This document shows, piece after piece, positions 18,493 through 31,310 of a stretch of 64,000 nt of DNA. Within the stretch, counting starts at the first letter, position 1; every line of letters begins with the position of its first letter. Position numbers and translations under genes: made by a program. The stretch is from Flavobacteriales bacterium (lineage in GTDB: Bacteria; Bacteroidota; Bacteroidia; NS11-12g; UBA9320): positions 647,545-711,544 of the forward strand of contig JACJZV010000001.1 in NCBI GenBank assembly GCA_020635395.1, given 5' to 3'. A model generated the notes under the pieces. That model was given only the letters and a program-made list of their open reading frames with translations. It had not been told where the DNA came from and ran no database searches.

Positions 18493-19774
18493 ATTCTTTG
18501 GCTGAAGTTATGGTTACTTCTACAAAATCTCCAATTCTAAGATGTTGGTCGGTTTTAATCAAAACTTCATTGTCCACCTCTGGCGAGTCGTGTTCTGTTC
18601 TGCCAATAAAATATTGGTCGTCAAAATGATCAATCAAAACCTTATATTTTTTGCCCACTTTAGATTGGTTAAGGTCAAATGAAACTTGTTCCTGAATTTC
18701 CATCAGGTTAGAGGCACGTTCTTCTTTCACTTCCATAGGAATGTTATCATCCAAAGAAAAGGCGTGAGTTCCATCTTCATGCGAATATGTGAAAACTCCC
18801 AATCGGTCAATTTTGTATTTTTCAACAAAGTCACACAATTCTTCAAAATCCTTTTGAGTTTCGCCAGGATGCCCCACCAACATAGTGGTTCGCAATGCGA
18901 GTTCCGGACATTTTTCTCTGATTTGTTCCACCAATTCTACGGTTCTTCGCTTTGAAATGCCTCTCCGCATTGTTTTTAAAACATTTTCCGAAACGTGCTG
19001 CAAAGGCATGTCGAGATAGTTGCAAATGTTTGATTTTCGGTTAATTACATCCAAAACATCCATCGGAAACTGAGATGGGTAGGCATAATGTAACCGTATC
19101 CAATCTATACCATCTATGTCTGAAAGTCTATCCATCAATTCGGCTAATTTTCGCTCATTGTATAAGTCCAATCCATAATAGGTCGAGTCTTGAGCGATAA
19201 GCATAAGTTCTTTACAGCCATTTTTTGCCAAATTTTTTGCCTCTTCAACCAATAATTCCATTGGTTTTGATACATGATTTCCCCGCATTTGCGGAATGGC
19301 ACAAAAAGAACATGGCCTATTGCAGCCCTCTGATATTTTGAGATATGCGTAATGAAAAGGTGTTGTGGTTATTCGTTCGCCAAGTAAATTTTGTTTGTAA
19401 TCTGCATTTAGTTTTTGCAGCAATGCCGGTAACTCCATGGTGCCGAAAAAGGCATCAACCTCGGGCATTTCAGCTTGCAGTTCATCTTTGTAACGGTGAG
19501 ATAAACAGCCTGTTACATATAATTTATCAATATTTCCGATTTCTTTTTGGTTGATGTAATGGAAAATAGTGTCAATCGATTCTTGCTTGGCATTTTCAAT
19601 AAAACCGCATGTGTTTACCACAATAATATTGGCTTTTCCATCCTCCGCTTGATGGGTAGCTTCAAGATCGTTGGCTTTAAGCTGGGTTAATAAAACTTCG
19701 GAGTCAACCAAATTTTTGGAGCATCCCAAAGTAATAATATCCACTTTGTTTTTTCCGAAACTCTTGGTGTGCAT
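18467..19774 (-). CDS. rimO: Ribosomal protein S12 methylthiotransferase
   Basis: MTTase N-domain, a radical-SAM CxxxCxxC (CNRPCSFC) and a TRAM domain. Confidence 0.85.
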   Translation of the reverse strand: MHTKSFGKNKVDIITLGCSKNLVDSEVLLTQLKANDLEATHQAEDGKANIIVVNTCGFIENAKQESIDTIFHYINQKEIGNIDKLYVTGCLSHRYKDELQAEMPEVDAFFGTMELPALLQKLNADYKQNLLGERITTTPFHYAYLKISEGCNRPCSFCAIPQMRGNHVSKPMELLVEEAKNLAKNGCKELMLIAQDSTYYGLDLYNERKLAELMDRLSDIDGIDWIRLHYAYPSQFPMDVLDVINRKSNICNYLDMPLQHVSENVLKTMRRGISKRRTVELVEQIREKCPELALRTTMLVGHPGETQKDFEELCDFVEKYKIDRLGVFTYSHEDGTHAFSLDDNIPMEVKEERASNLMEIQEQVSFDLNQSKVGKKYKVLIDHFDDQYFIGRTEHDSPEVDNEVLIKTDQHLRIGDFVEVTITSAKEFDLYGTID

Positions 19775-19776
19775 GA

Positions 19777-20739
19777 TTAATTCGAGAATAAAGATTCGAC
19801 AAAATCAGTAGGTTCAAAATATTGTATGTCATTAATACCTTCACCAATGCCAATGTATTTTACAGGAATTTTAAATTGCTCCGAAATACCAATTACCACG
19901 CCTCCACGGGCAGTGCCGTCAAGTTTGGTTAAGGCCAGGGCATTAACCTCGGTGGCAGCAGTAAATTGCTTGGCTTGTTCATAAGCATTTTGTCCGGTAC
20001 TGGCATCAAGAACTAAGAGTACTTCGTGCGGTGCATCGGGTATAACTTTGCTCATAACGCGTTTAATCTTACTCAACTCATTCATAAGATTGACTTTATT
20101 ATGTAAACGCCCGGCGGTATCAATCAATATTAGGTCAACATCTTGGTCAACCCCTTGTTTAACAGCATCAAAGGCTACCGCCGCAGGATCCGTATTCATT
20201 CCTTTTGAAACAATAGGAACGCCCACTCGCTGACTCCAAATAGTTAGTTGGTCAACCGCTGCGGCTCTAAATGTATCACCGGCACCCAGTAGCACTTTTT
20301 TGCCTGCATTTTTATACATATTGGCCAGTTTACCAATGGTGGTGGTTTTGCCAACACCATTCACGCCCACCACCATTACCACATAAGGTTTGGCAGAGGC
20401 ATTCAAATCTTCTTTCTTGTTTTCTGTTAATAGGTGCGAAATTTCATCTTTTAGTAATGAGTTTAACTCCGCAGCACCAATATATTTATCCTTAGAAACA
20501 CGCTTTTGTAGTCGGTCGATGATATTGAGTGTTGTGTTTACCCCAACATCCGACGAAATCAAAATTTCCTCCAATTCATCGAGAAAATCATCGTCTATCG
20601 AACTTTTGCCGACCAATGCTTTTGAGATTTTACTAAAAATGCTGGATTTGGTTTTTTCTAACCCTTGATCCAGTTTTTGTTTTTCCTCAACCGATTTCTC
20701 TTTTTTAAAAAAATCAAATAATCCCATGTCTATAAACAA
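19777..20739 (-). CDS. ftsY: Signal recognition particle receptor
   Basis: SRP54-type GTPase with GVNGVGKTTT, DTAGR and TKLDG motifs. Confidence 0.85.
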   Translation of the reverse strand: MFIDMGLFDFFKKEKSVEEKQKLDQGLEKTKSSIFSKISKALVGKSSIDDDFLDELEEILISSDVGVNTTLNIIDRLQKRVSKDKYIGAAELNSLLKDEISHLLTENKKEDLNASAKPYVVMVVGVNGVGKTTTIGKLANMYKNAGKKVLLGAGDTFRAAAVDQLTIWSQRVGVPIVSKGMNTDPAAVAFDAVKQGVDQDVDLILIDTAGRLHNKVNLMNELSKIKRVMSKVIPDAPHEVLLVLDASTGQNAYEQAKQFTAATEVNALALTKLDGTARGGVVIGISEQFKIPVKYIGIGEGINDIQYFEPTDFVESLFSN

Positions 20740-20791
20740 AAAAAGCCTCCTGATGAAACACCTGGAAGCTTAAAAAGATTTTTTAAAAATG

Positions 20792-20941
20792 TTATTTAAA
20801 ATATTCCTTTACCGCTTCGGTAGGAATAATCTCTTCTTTAAACGTGTACGCACCGGTCTTTGGAGACTTAACAGCTTTGATAACCTTAGCCCAATCTCTA
20901 CCTGTTCCGGTTTTAAGTGTTGCAACTACCTTCTTTGCCAT
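20792..20941 (-). CDS. DUF4295-family small protein. It is absent from the ORF track because it is shorter than 60 aa
   Basis: Manual translation gives MAKKVVATLKTGTGRDWAKVIKAVKSPKTGAYTFKEEIIPTEAVKEYFK. The ftsY-DUF4295-rpmG-rpmB arrangement is conserved in Bacteroidetes. Confidence 0.6.
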   Translation of the reverse strand: MAKKVVATLKTGTGRDWAKVIKAVKSPKTGAYTFKEEIIPTEAVKEYFK

Positions 20942-20950
20942 GTCTCTTTA

Positions 20951-21133
20951 TTATTTAATTTCTTTATGAACGGTTACTTTCTTTAAAATGGGGTTGTATT
21001 TTTTCAACTCCAAACGCTCGGTAGTGTTCTTTTTATTTTTGGTGGTAATGTAGCGAGAAGTGCCGGGCATACCGCTCGTTTTGTGCTCTGTGCACTCCAT
21101 TATCACTTGAACTCTGTTTCCTTTCTTTGCCAT
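20951..21133 (-). CDS. rpmG: 50S ribosomal protein L33
   Basis: 60 aa, [18 protein letters not shown]... Confidence 0.85.
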   Translation of the reverse strand: MAKKGNRVQVIMECTEHKTSGMPGTSRYITTKNKKNTTERLELKKYNPILKKVTVHKEIK

Positions 21134-21139
21134 TGCCGA

Positions 21140-21373
21140 TTATATTTTGCCGTTTTTTACAAACCCGTCTAAACAAGCTGTAATGCCTTTTTTGTTAATA
21201 GTTCTTAAAGCCGAAGTAGATACTTTTAATGTAATCCAAGCATCTTCTTCTGGGATATAGAATTTTTTAGTGTGAAGATTTGGGTAAAATCTTCGCTTTG
21301 TTTTAATATTTGAATGGGAAACATGGTTGCCTTTCAAAGCCTTTTTTCCCGTTAAATCACATACTCTCGACAT
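21140..21373 (-). CDS. rpmB: 50S ribosomal protein L28
   Basis: 77 aa, MSRVCDLTGKKALKGNHVSHSN. Confidence 0.85.
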   Translation of the reverse strand: MSRVCDLTGKKALKGNHVSHSNIKTKRRFYPNLHTKKFYIPEEDAWITLKVSTSALRTINKKGITACLDGFVKNGKI

Positions 21374-21447
21374 CGCTTATTTTTTAAGGACTGCAAATTT
21401 GAACTTTTTTTTCTTTTTACGCAAAAGAAAGTTAGAGATTTTGATTT

Positions 21448-21855
21448 TTAATCTAATATCCTGTAAGTGCTTGGTGCTAGCTGGATGGTAGAGCCAACAA
21501 CAAAGGTATCTGCTCTAGCCCATAGTTCTCTAACCATTATCTGATCAATTACCAAAAACGTGAAGTCGGATTTTGTGATTTCCTCAATATACCTTTTTTC
21601 AATGACTTGGGTATTGTCGAAATTATATGCTCTAACGGTGTCATTTTTTGGGATAACCAGAACCCTGAAACTTTTCAATTGAAGTAATGCGTTGTTGTAT
21701 CGCTCCGGATGCTTTGTGTCAAGCATAATATCAAGTTGCAAAGAATCATGCATTTTTAAATACGATTTTGATATGCAGCAGGAATCTATTTTGTTAATAG
21801 TCAGACTTTTTTTTTGGGGGGGGATTTCCCATATGGTCGAAAGAGCTGCAAACAA
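21448..21855 (-). CDS. Hypothetical protein. The N-terminal region contains a C8A9 homopolymeric tract
   Basis: ORF only. An alternative start is Met35 at about 21753. Confidence 0.35.
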   Translation of the reverse strand: MFAALSTIWEIPPQKKSLTINKIDSCCISKSYLKMHDSLQLDIMLDTKHPERYNNALLQLKSFRVLVIPKNDTVRAYNFDNTQVIEKRYIEEITKSDFTFLVIDQIMVRELWARADTFVVGSTIQLAPSTYRILD

Positions 21856-21950
21856 AAATAATAATCAATAGAATTTCGGCCTGAAATAATGTAATCAAAA
21901 ATTTCAAATTCAATTTTTATTGCAAAATGTTGGTCAAAGAATGCAATTCG

Positions 21951-22385
21951 CTACTCAACTACTTTGTAAATCCGAGGCATTAGGTTTTTTGTTTCTTTAG
22001 TCTCAATGCTGTTTTCATAAAGTATTTTGGATGCCTTGATTCTATCTATAATTACACGGGTAGAGTCTCCACCGGCAATTATTTTTTCGATTACATTTTT
22101 GCCAATGTTTCTGCTATCTGTTTTGAATGTGTAAACACTAGCAGAGCCAGTTTTAGGTGCGATAATCAAACCAAATTCATCAATATTCCAAAGTTCAGAA
22201 ACAGGATTATTTTCCTTGAATGAGGGGGAAAAATCAATCTGAAGGCTGTTTAAATTTTTCAGATTCTTCAAACTCAATGTCTCACCCTCAAAACCGTTAA
22301 GATTAATGTCGATTTTACTTTCCATTTTGGTGGTAGTAAACGACAAGGCAACAATTGCCAACAGAAATAAAAATTTTGATTTCAT
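21951..22385 (-). CDS. Hypothetical secreted protein
   Basis: Signal peptide. No recognised domain. Confidence 0.4.
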   Translation of the reverse strand: MKSKFLFLLAIVALSFTTTKMESKIDINLNGFEGETLSLKNLKNLNSLQIDFSPSFKENNPVSELWNIDEFGLIIAPKTGSASVYTFKTDSRNIGKNVIEKIIAGGDSTRVIIDRIKASKILYENSIETKETKNLMPRIYKVVE

Positions 22386-22448
22386 AGTCTTATAAATAAA
22401 GTCAAATGTATGATGAAAACTGTATTGGCAGAAATTTATTGTGTCATA

Positions 22449-25566
<3,118 letters not shown>

Positions 25567-25568
25567 GC

Positions 25569-26495
25569 TTAATTTCTTTGAGCCGCCAATAAATATAGAA
25601 CCGACATACGAATGGCCACCCCATTTTCTACCTGATTAAGTATGATAGAATAATCAGAGTCGGCCACTTCTGAGCTAATCTCTACGCCACGGTTTATTGG
25701 ACCCGGATGAAGTATAATAATTTCCTTTTTTAATTTCTCCAAATGCCGCATGGTAAGGCCATATTGCATACTGTATTCTCTTAAACTCGGGAAATATTTT
25801 GTGTCCTGCCGTTCTAATTGAATGCGGAGCATATTGGCAACATCGCACCAATCAATGGCTTTTTGTAGGTCATATTCTACTTTTACCCCCAAGCTGTCGA
25901 TGTGCTTTGGAATTAAGGTAGGAGGCCCACAAACGGCTACTTCGGCTCCCAACTTTTTGAGGCAGTAGATATTTGAAAGTGCCACACGACTGTGAAGAAT
26001 ATCGCCGACTATAACCACTTTTTTGCCCTTCAAACTACCCATTTTTTCACGAATGGAGTATGCATCTAACAAGGCCTGCGTTGGATGTTCGTGTGTTCCG
26101 TCTCCCGCATTTACAATTTGAGCATCTACATTTTTAGCTAAAAATTGAGCCGCCCCCGGTGCAGGATGCCGCATTACCACCATGTCCACTTTCATGGAGA
26201 GAATATTGTTTACGGTGTCAATCAGTGTTTCGCCTTTTGATACAGATGAAGACGAACTGGCAAAGTTGACAATATCTGCCGACAACCTTTTTTCGGCAAG
26301 TTCAAACGAAATTTTTGTTCTTGTTGAGTTTTCAAAAAACACATTGGCAATGGTAATATCGCGAAGGGAAGGAACTTTTTTTATGGGTCGGGCTAAAATT
26401 TTCTTAAAATTATCTGCTGTCTCAAAAATGAGGTTTATGTCATGAGCAGTCAGGTCTTTTATACCCAATAAATGTTTTGTCGAGAGCCTTGTCAT
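25569..26495 (-). CDS. pyrB: Aspartate carbamoyltransferase catalytic subunit
   Basis: STRTKISFE and HPTQALLD motifs. The start is trimmed to the Met that gives an ATGA overlap with the pyrR stop. Confidence 0.85.
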   Translation of the reverse strand: MTRLSTKHLLGIKDLTAHDINLIFETADNFKKILARPIKKVPSLRDITIANVFFENSTRTKISFELAEKRLSADIVNFASSSSSVSKGETLIDTVNNILSMKVDMVVMRHPAPGAAQFLAKNVDAQIVNAGDGTHEHPTQALLDAYSIREKMGSLKGKKVVIVGDILHSRVALSNIYCLKKLGAEVAVCGPPTLIPKHIDSLGVKVEYDLQKAIDWCDVANMLRIQLERQDTKYFPSLREYSMQYGLTMRHLEKLKKEIIILHPGPINRGVEISSEVADSDYSIILNQVENGVAIRMSVLYLLAAQRN

Positions 26496-27058
26496 TTCTT
26501 TTCGGTTTCTATCCAAACTTTTTGTTCGTTCACTAAATCCACAATTACTTTATCGTTGGCTCTGCTATCTACATTAAGTCCAACATAATCTGGCTGAATG
26601 GGTAGTTCTCTTTTAAATCTTCGGTCGATAAGGGTTAAAAGCTCTGTTTTGGCAGGTCGCCCAAAATCAGAAAGAGCGTTCAAGGCGGCTCGCACCGACC
26701 TGCCAGTATAGAGCACATCATCTACTAAAATAATATGCAAGCCTTCAATAGAAAATTCAATTTCCATGGTATTGGGAAGCAATATTTTTTCGCTTCTTCT
26801 AAAATCATCTCGATAAAATGTACTGTCTAACTCACCGTATCTAATATTTTTTATTCCGAAATCATCCGTTAAAATTTGTCTAATTTTTCGTGCCAACGCA
26901 CTGCCGCGAGGCTGCAATCCAATAATGGCAGAGTGTTCGAAAAGTGTGTGATTTTCGTACAATTCCATAGCCATGCGGTGCAGAACAAACTCCAATTGGG
27001 TGCTTTCTATGAGTAGCCTTTTCAACATTTTAACTTCCCAGTTTTTTAATAAGGTCAA
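26492..27058 (-). CDS. pyrR: Bifunctional pyr mRNA-binding regulator / uracil phosphoribosyltransferase
   Basis: PRTase fold (IILVDDVLYTGRS) and PyrR N-terminus. The true start may be the internal Met at about 27028. Confidence 0.8.
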   Translation of the reverse strand: MTLLKNWEVKMLKRLLIESTQLEFVLHRMAMELYENHTLFEHSAIIGLQPRGSALARKIRQILTDDFGIKNIRYGELDSTFYRDDFRRSEKILLPNTMEIEFSIEGLHIILVDDVLYTGRSVRAALNALSDFGRPAKTELLTLIDRRFKRELPIQPDYVGLNVDSRANDKVIVDLVNEQKVWIETEKK

Positions 27059-27467
27059 ATTCTTTTTTCGTTACTTTAGAAACGGATAGCCGGTTGAGCC
27101 GAACCATTTCCATGCTTTTGAGTACCGGATGTTCTTTTATTTCTGATAGGGTTATTGTTTTTGATAATTTTTGAATTGGTTTTACATCAACGGCCACCCA
27201 TGTTTCGTCGTTTATGGTTGGGTCTGGATAGCTTTCTCTTTCAACCTCAGCAATACCTACAATTTCTTTTCCTTCATTGCTGTGGTAAAACAAACATTGA
27301 TCGCCCAATTTCATATCACGCATATTGTTGCGAGCGGCATAGTTTCGCACACCGTCCCAAAATGTTTTTCCGTCTTTTTCAAACTGCTCCCAACTGTATT
27401 TGTGAGGTTCAGATTTAATAAGCCAATAATTCATTTTCTTAATTTTTAAGCAAAAAAAAAATCCCAT
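27030..27467 (-). CDS. EVE (PUA-like) domain protein
   Basis: MNYWLIKSEPHKYSW..FWDGVRNY signature. Confidence 0.7.
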   Translation of the reverse strand: MGFFFCLKIKKMNYWLIKSEPHKYSWEQFEKDGKTFWDGVRNYAARNNMRDMKLGDQCLFYHSNEGKEIVGIAEVERESYPDPTINDETWVAVDVKPIQKLSKTITLSEIKEHPVLKSMEMVRLNRLSVSKVTKKEFDLIKKLGS

Positions 27468-27486
27468 TCAAAAATGGGATTTTTAG
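27461..27486 (-). terminator. Rho-independent terminator downstream of rpsA
   Basis: aaatcccattcaaaaatgggattt hairpin followed on the minus strand by a T10 run. Confidence 0.65.
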
Positions 27487-27513
27487 TTAATATATTAAAT
27501 GTTTTATGCAATC

Positions 27514-29826
27514 TTAATTTGCTAAGAACTCTTTAAGTTGCTCTGACCAGCCATTTTTCGAGAAAGCGTCAGCTTTGCCAATGGTGGTTTCTAATTCCAC
27601 TATTTGATCAGCGTTTAAAGCTGCCAACTGGGCATAAGTTGTATAACCCGCTTCATGGATTTTTTTCTCCAATGCAGGGCCAACACCGGCCAATTTTTTC
27701 ATATCATCAGCACCAGTGTTAGATTTAGCTGCTTTTTCTTTTTTTGGAGCAGGCTCATCAGAAGAAACTTTGTCTGATTTTTCCTTTTCCATTTTAGCCA
27801 ATTTTGCTTCGGCAGATTTTCTGTTTTCTGCTTCCATCTTGGCTTTAAGTTCTGCTAAACCGTCAAGCTCGCCGAGGGTAGAAACGTCGTTAGACTTGTT
27901 CAGTTTCTTAACCATTTTGCTGGCTTGTTTTGCTGATTTTTTCTTGGCCTCATCATCGCCGTCAATGCGGGCTCTTTCTTGCTCTTTCCAAATATCGGTA
28001 TGAGAAACAATGATTCTTTTTTGATCTTTGTTGAACTCAATGATTCTGAAATTCAAAACCTCATCAACTTTTACCGAAGTTTTATCTTCTTTTTTGATGT
28101 GTTTATTAGGAGCAAAACCTTCTACACCATAAGGAAGAGCAATGGTAGCACCCTTGTCGGTCATTTCAGTAACAGTTCCTTCGTGTTCCGAACCTTCGGT
28201 GAAAATGCTTTCAAATGTATCCCAAGGATTTTCGTCCAATTGTTTATGACCAAGGCTCAAACGTCTGTTTTCGCGGTCTATTTCAAGAACGATAACCTCT
28301 AACTCTTCTCCTTTTTTAGTAAACTCGGCAGGATGCTTAATTTTTTTGCTCCAGCTCAAATCACTTACGTGTACTAAGCCATCAACACCTTCTTCCAATT
28401 CTACAAACAAACCGTAGTTGGTAAGATTTCTAACCACACCTTTGTGTTTGCTTTCAATTGGATATTTAGCTTCGATGTTTTCCCATGGGTCAGGAGTAAG
28501 TTGTTTTATGCCAAGAGACATTTTGTGTTCATCTTTTTCAAGAGTAAGCACCACAGCTTCTACTTCATCGCCCACTTGCATAAAGTCTTGAGGTGTTCTC
28601 AAATGTTGAGACCAAGACATTTCTGAAACGTGAACTAAACCTTCTATACCCGGAGCAACTTCGATAAATGCACCGTAATCGGCCACAGTAACTACTTTAC
28701 CTTTTACTTTAGACCCAACTTGAATGTCGGCACTCAAATCAGCCCATGGGTGAGGAGTAAGTTGTTTTAAGCCAAGAGAAATTCGTTTTTTATCGTCATC
28801 GAAGTCAAGCACCACAACGTTGATTTTTTGGTCAAGTTGCAATACTTCTTCCGGATGGTTGATTCTGCCCCAAGATACGTCAGTAATGTGAAGCAATCCG
28901 TCTAAACCACCAAGGTCGATGAACACACCAAAAGAAGTCATGTTTTTAACAACACCTTCAAGCACTTGACCTTTTTCAAGTCTTGAAAGGATTTCTCCTT
29001 TTTGGGCTTCAATATCATCTTCGATAAGAGCTTTGTGCGAAATAACAACGTTTTTGAAGGCTTCGTTAATCTTAACAACCTTAAATTCCATTGTTTGACC
29101 AACGTATTGGTCGTAGTCGCGAATTGGTTTAACGTCGATTTGAGAACCTGGCAAGAATGCGTCAAGTCCGTTAACATCAACTACCAAACCACCTTTGGTT
29201 CTAGATTTTACTAAACCTCGAACAATTTCGCCGGTTTCTTGAGCTTTGGTAACCATATCCCAAGAAGTTTCAGCTAATGCTTTTCTTCTTGAAAGAACTA
29301 ATTGACCAAGAGCATCTTCTGTTTCCACTACATAAACTTCAACCTCATCGCCAACTTTTAAATCAGGTTGGTTTTTGAACTCTGTTCTACCAACCAAACC
29401 ATCCGATTTAAAGTTAACATCAACAACCACGTATTTTTTGGTCATTGACACAACTTTACCTTTAATGATTGAACCAGCTTCGATGGTGTTGAACGTTTGA
29501 GAATACAATCCCATCAATTCATTTTTGTTAGAATCGTCATACTGTCCAAAGCCTTCTTTGTCCATAGACCAATCAAATGCATTAGCATCGTGAACCGGAT
29601 TGTCGTTAATTTCGACTTTAGGTCTTCTAACTTCTGCTACTTCGTCTTCCTCATCTTCGTCAGATGTGTTCACAAAGTCTTCGGTAATTGTTTCTGTAAT
29701 TTCGTTTTGTTCGGTTTGTTCCGCCGTAACATCCTGGGTTTCGGCAGCATCAAGAGATACTTGTTCGTTCTCTAATTCGTTGTTTTGTTCTGTCAAATCA
29801 ATGTGTCCTCCTTTGAGCGGCGGCAA
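27514..29826 (-). CDS. rpsA: 30S ribosomal protein S1 with an acidic N-terminal extension and a C-terminal extension containing a helix-hairpin-helix-like module
   Basis: Multiple S1 OB-fold repeats, and 770 aa against a typical length of about 560 to 600 aa. The C-terminal 150 aa are Lys/Glu-rich and are followed by GVGPALEKKIHEAGYTTYAQLAAL. Confidence 0.8.
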   Translation of the reverse strand: MPPLKGGHIDLTEQNNELENEQVSLDAAETQDVTAEQTEQNEITETITEDFVNTSDEDEEDEVAEVRRPKVEINDNPVHDANAFDWSMDKEGFGQYDDSNKNELMGLYSQTFNTIEAGSIIKGKVVSMTKKYVVVDVNFKSDGLVGRTEFKNQPDLKVGDEVEVYVVETEDALGQLVLSRRKALAETSWDMVTKAQETGEIVRGLVKSRTKGGLVVDVNGLDAFLPGSQIDVKPIRDYDQYVGQTMEFKVVKINEAFKNVVISHKALIEDDIEAQKGEILSRLEKGQVLEGVVKNMTSFGVFIDLGGLDGLLHITDVSWGRINHPEEVLQLDQKINVVVLDFDDDKKRISLGLKQLTPHPWADLSADIQVGSKVKGKVVTVADYGAFIEVAPGIEGLVHVSEMSWSQHLRTPQDFMQVGDEVEAVVLTLEKDEHKMSLGIKQLTPDPWENIEAKYPIESKHKGVVRNLTNYGLFVELEEGVDGLVHVSDLSWSKKIKHPAEFTKKGEELEVIVLEIDRENRRLSLGHKQLDENPWDTFESIFTEGSEHEGTVTEMTDKGATIALPYGVEGFAPNKHIKKEDKTSVKVDEVLNFRIIEFNKDQKRIIVSHTDIWKEQERARIDGDDEAKKKSAKQASKMVKKLNKSNDVSTLGELDGLAELKAKMEAENRKSAEAKLAKMEKEKSDKVSSDEPAPKKEKAAKSNTGADDMKKLAGVGPALEKKIHEAGYTTYAQLAALNADQIVELETTIGKADAFSKNGWSEQLKEFLAN

Positions 29827-29970
29827 ATTTAAAATTCATAATTGAAAAACCAAAAAGTATTGTTTCTTTTTTTCTTAAAGAAAATTCTAACGAAATATGA
29901 CATTAAAAATGACTTTGGTTGGTTGCATCTAACATCTCTTATCCTTAAATTTGACACTTTATTTTTGATT

Positions 29971-31293
29971 ATGAAGAAGCATCTAATAGCATTTTTGTCA
30001 GGAACAGTTTTGATGGGGGTAAATGTTTTTGCCCAAACACCTGCGGTAAAAGGGGTTCAGTGGAATGAACAAACATCGAAGATTAAGATAGTAAATTTAG
30101 ATCAGCATGGGAGTGTCCTGAACAATGTAGGCGAGGTTTCTATCCAAAATGGTCAGAAATACTTGGCTAATTCTCTTTATAATAATCAATCATCCGGTAT
30201 GTTGACGTTTGTTACAGAGACGAACGACCCAACTTTGAGGTTTGCTGTTCACCCAGGAGCTCAGCAAATTGTGTTTGCAAACGCTCAAAACGGAGAGGTA
30301 ATAAAGACAGTGCCTATTAACGCTTCTATAATGACATCTTTTGCCATTGGCGAGAAAAATAGAATGGGCTTTATCACAGAGGAAGGCAATTTTAATCCCT
30401 ACGGAAACAACAATGAAGATATTTCAATGGTGGTTTTTGATATGAACACTGGAGGTTTAACGGGGAAAATTAAACTTTCATCTCTTTCCATTACCAGCGG
30501 TGTAAACGCTCCTTTTGTGGGCAATGTGACCCCCGTTGATGGCAACGGATTGGCTCAGGATGTATCTTTGAGTAATGTGTGCTATGTTCATAAAACCCAA
30601 ATGCTTTATTTTGCTTCTAAAGACGTTACTGGCACCAATAAACTATTCAAAATAAATGCCGCCTCGAATGTTATTGAAAGTCAAACAACTATTGATTATG
30701 ACATTCTGGATTTTGTATATGACAATACAAAAGACAATCTGAAGGTGTTGTTTGTAGAAAAAAGTGGAGAAGAGTCCATCCTTAAAATAGGGGAGATGAG
30801 TTTGAAAACACACGAAATTACTGCCCAAAATGAGGTTGTAAATTTAGGTGGAGTGAAAATCATCAATGATGGATTTGTGAAAATTGACGCTCAAAATGAG
30901 TTCATCTTTGTTGGTAAAATGATTAACGGCAAAATGAATGTTTATACCTTTGGAAGTGATTTGAATCTTGTTTCGCAGGTAACCAATCAAAATACAGATA
31001 GACTTGATTTTGAGTTTCCCTATTCCTTTCAAAATTCTGCTACCATTGCGGATGGCGTGATAAGCATGTACCCTAATCCTGCTACCTCTGAGGTAACAGT
31101 AGAATCAGATTTGACAACCGTAACAAATGTTAAAATTATGAACATGCTTGGTGAGGTTGTTAGAGTAATAGAAGTTCAGTCAGGATTGCGAGCAAACACC
31201 ATTAGCGTTGATGGATTAGTTCCAGGAGCATACACTCTATCTATCGAGTCTGATAAATCTGTTACTGAAAACAAAACTCTTATCATACAGTAA
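29971..31293 (+). CDS. Secreted protein with a T9SS C-terminal sorting domain
   Basis: Signal peptide after trimming the start to Met44. The C-terminal region (MYPNPATSEVTV...TLSIES...LIIQ) is typical of Por secretion-tail domains. Confidence 0.65.
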   Translation: MKKHLIAFLSGTVLMGVNVFAQTPAVKGVQWNEQTSKIKIVNLDQHGSVLNNVGEVSIQNGQKYLANSLYNNQSSGMLTFVTETNDPTLRFAVHPGAQQIVFANAQNGEVIKTVPINASIMTSFAIGEKNRMGFITEEGNFNPYGNNNEDISMVVFDMNTGGLTGKIKLSSLSITSGVNAPFVGNVTPVDGNGLAQDVSLSNVCYVHKTQMLYFASKDVTGTNKLFKINAASNVIESQTTIDYDILDFVYDNTKDNLKVLFVEKSGEESILKIGEMSLKTHEITAQNEVVNLGGVKIINDGFVKIDAQNEFIFVGKMINGKMNVYTFGSDLNLVSQVTNQNTDRLDFEFPYSFQNSATIADGVISMYPNPATSEVTVESDLTTVTNVKIMNMLGEVVRVIEVQSGLRANTISVDGLVPGAYTLSIESDKSVTENKTLIIQ

Positions 31294-31310
31294 TCGATTT
31301 TTGACATGCG

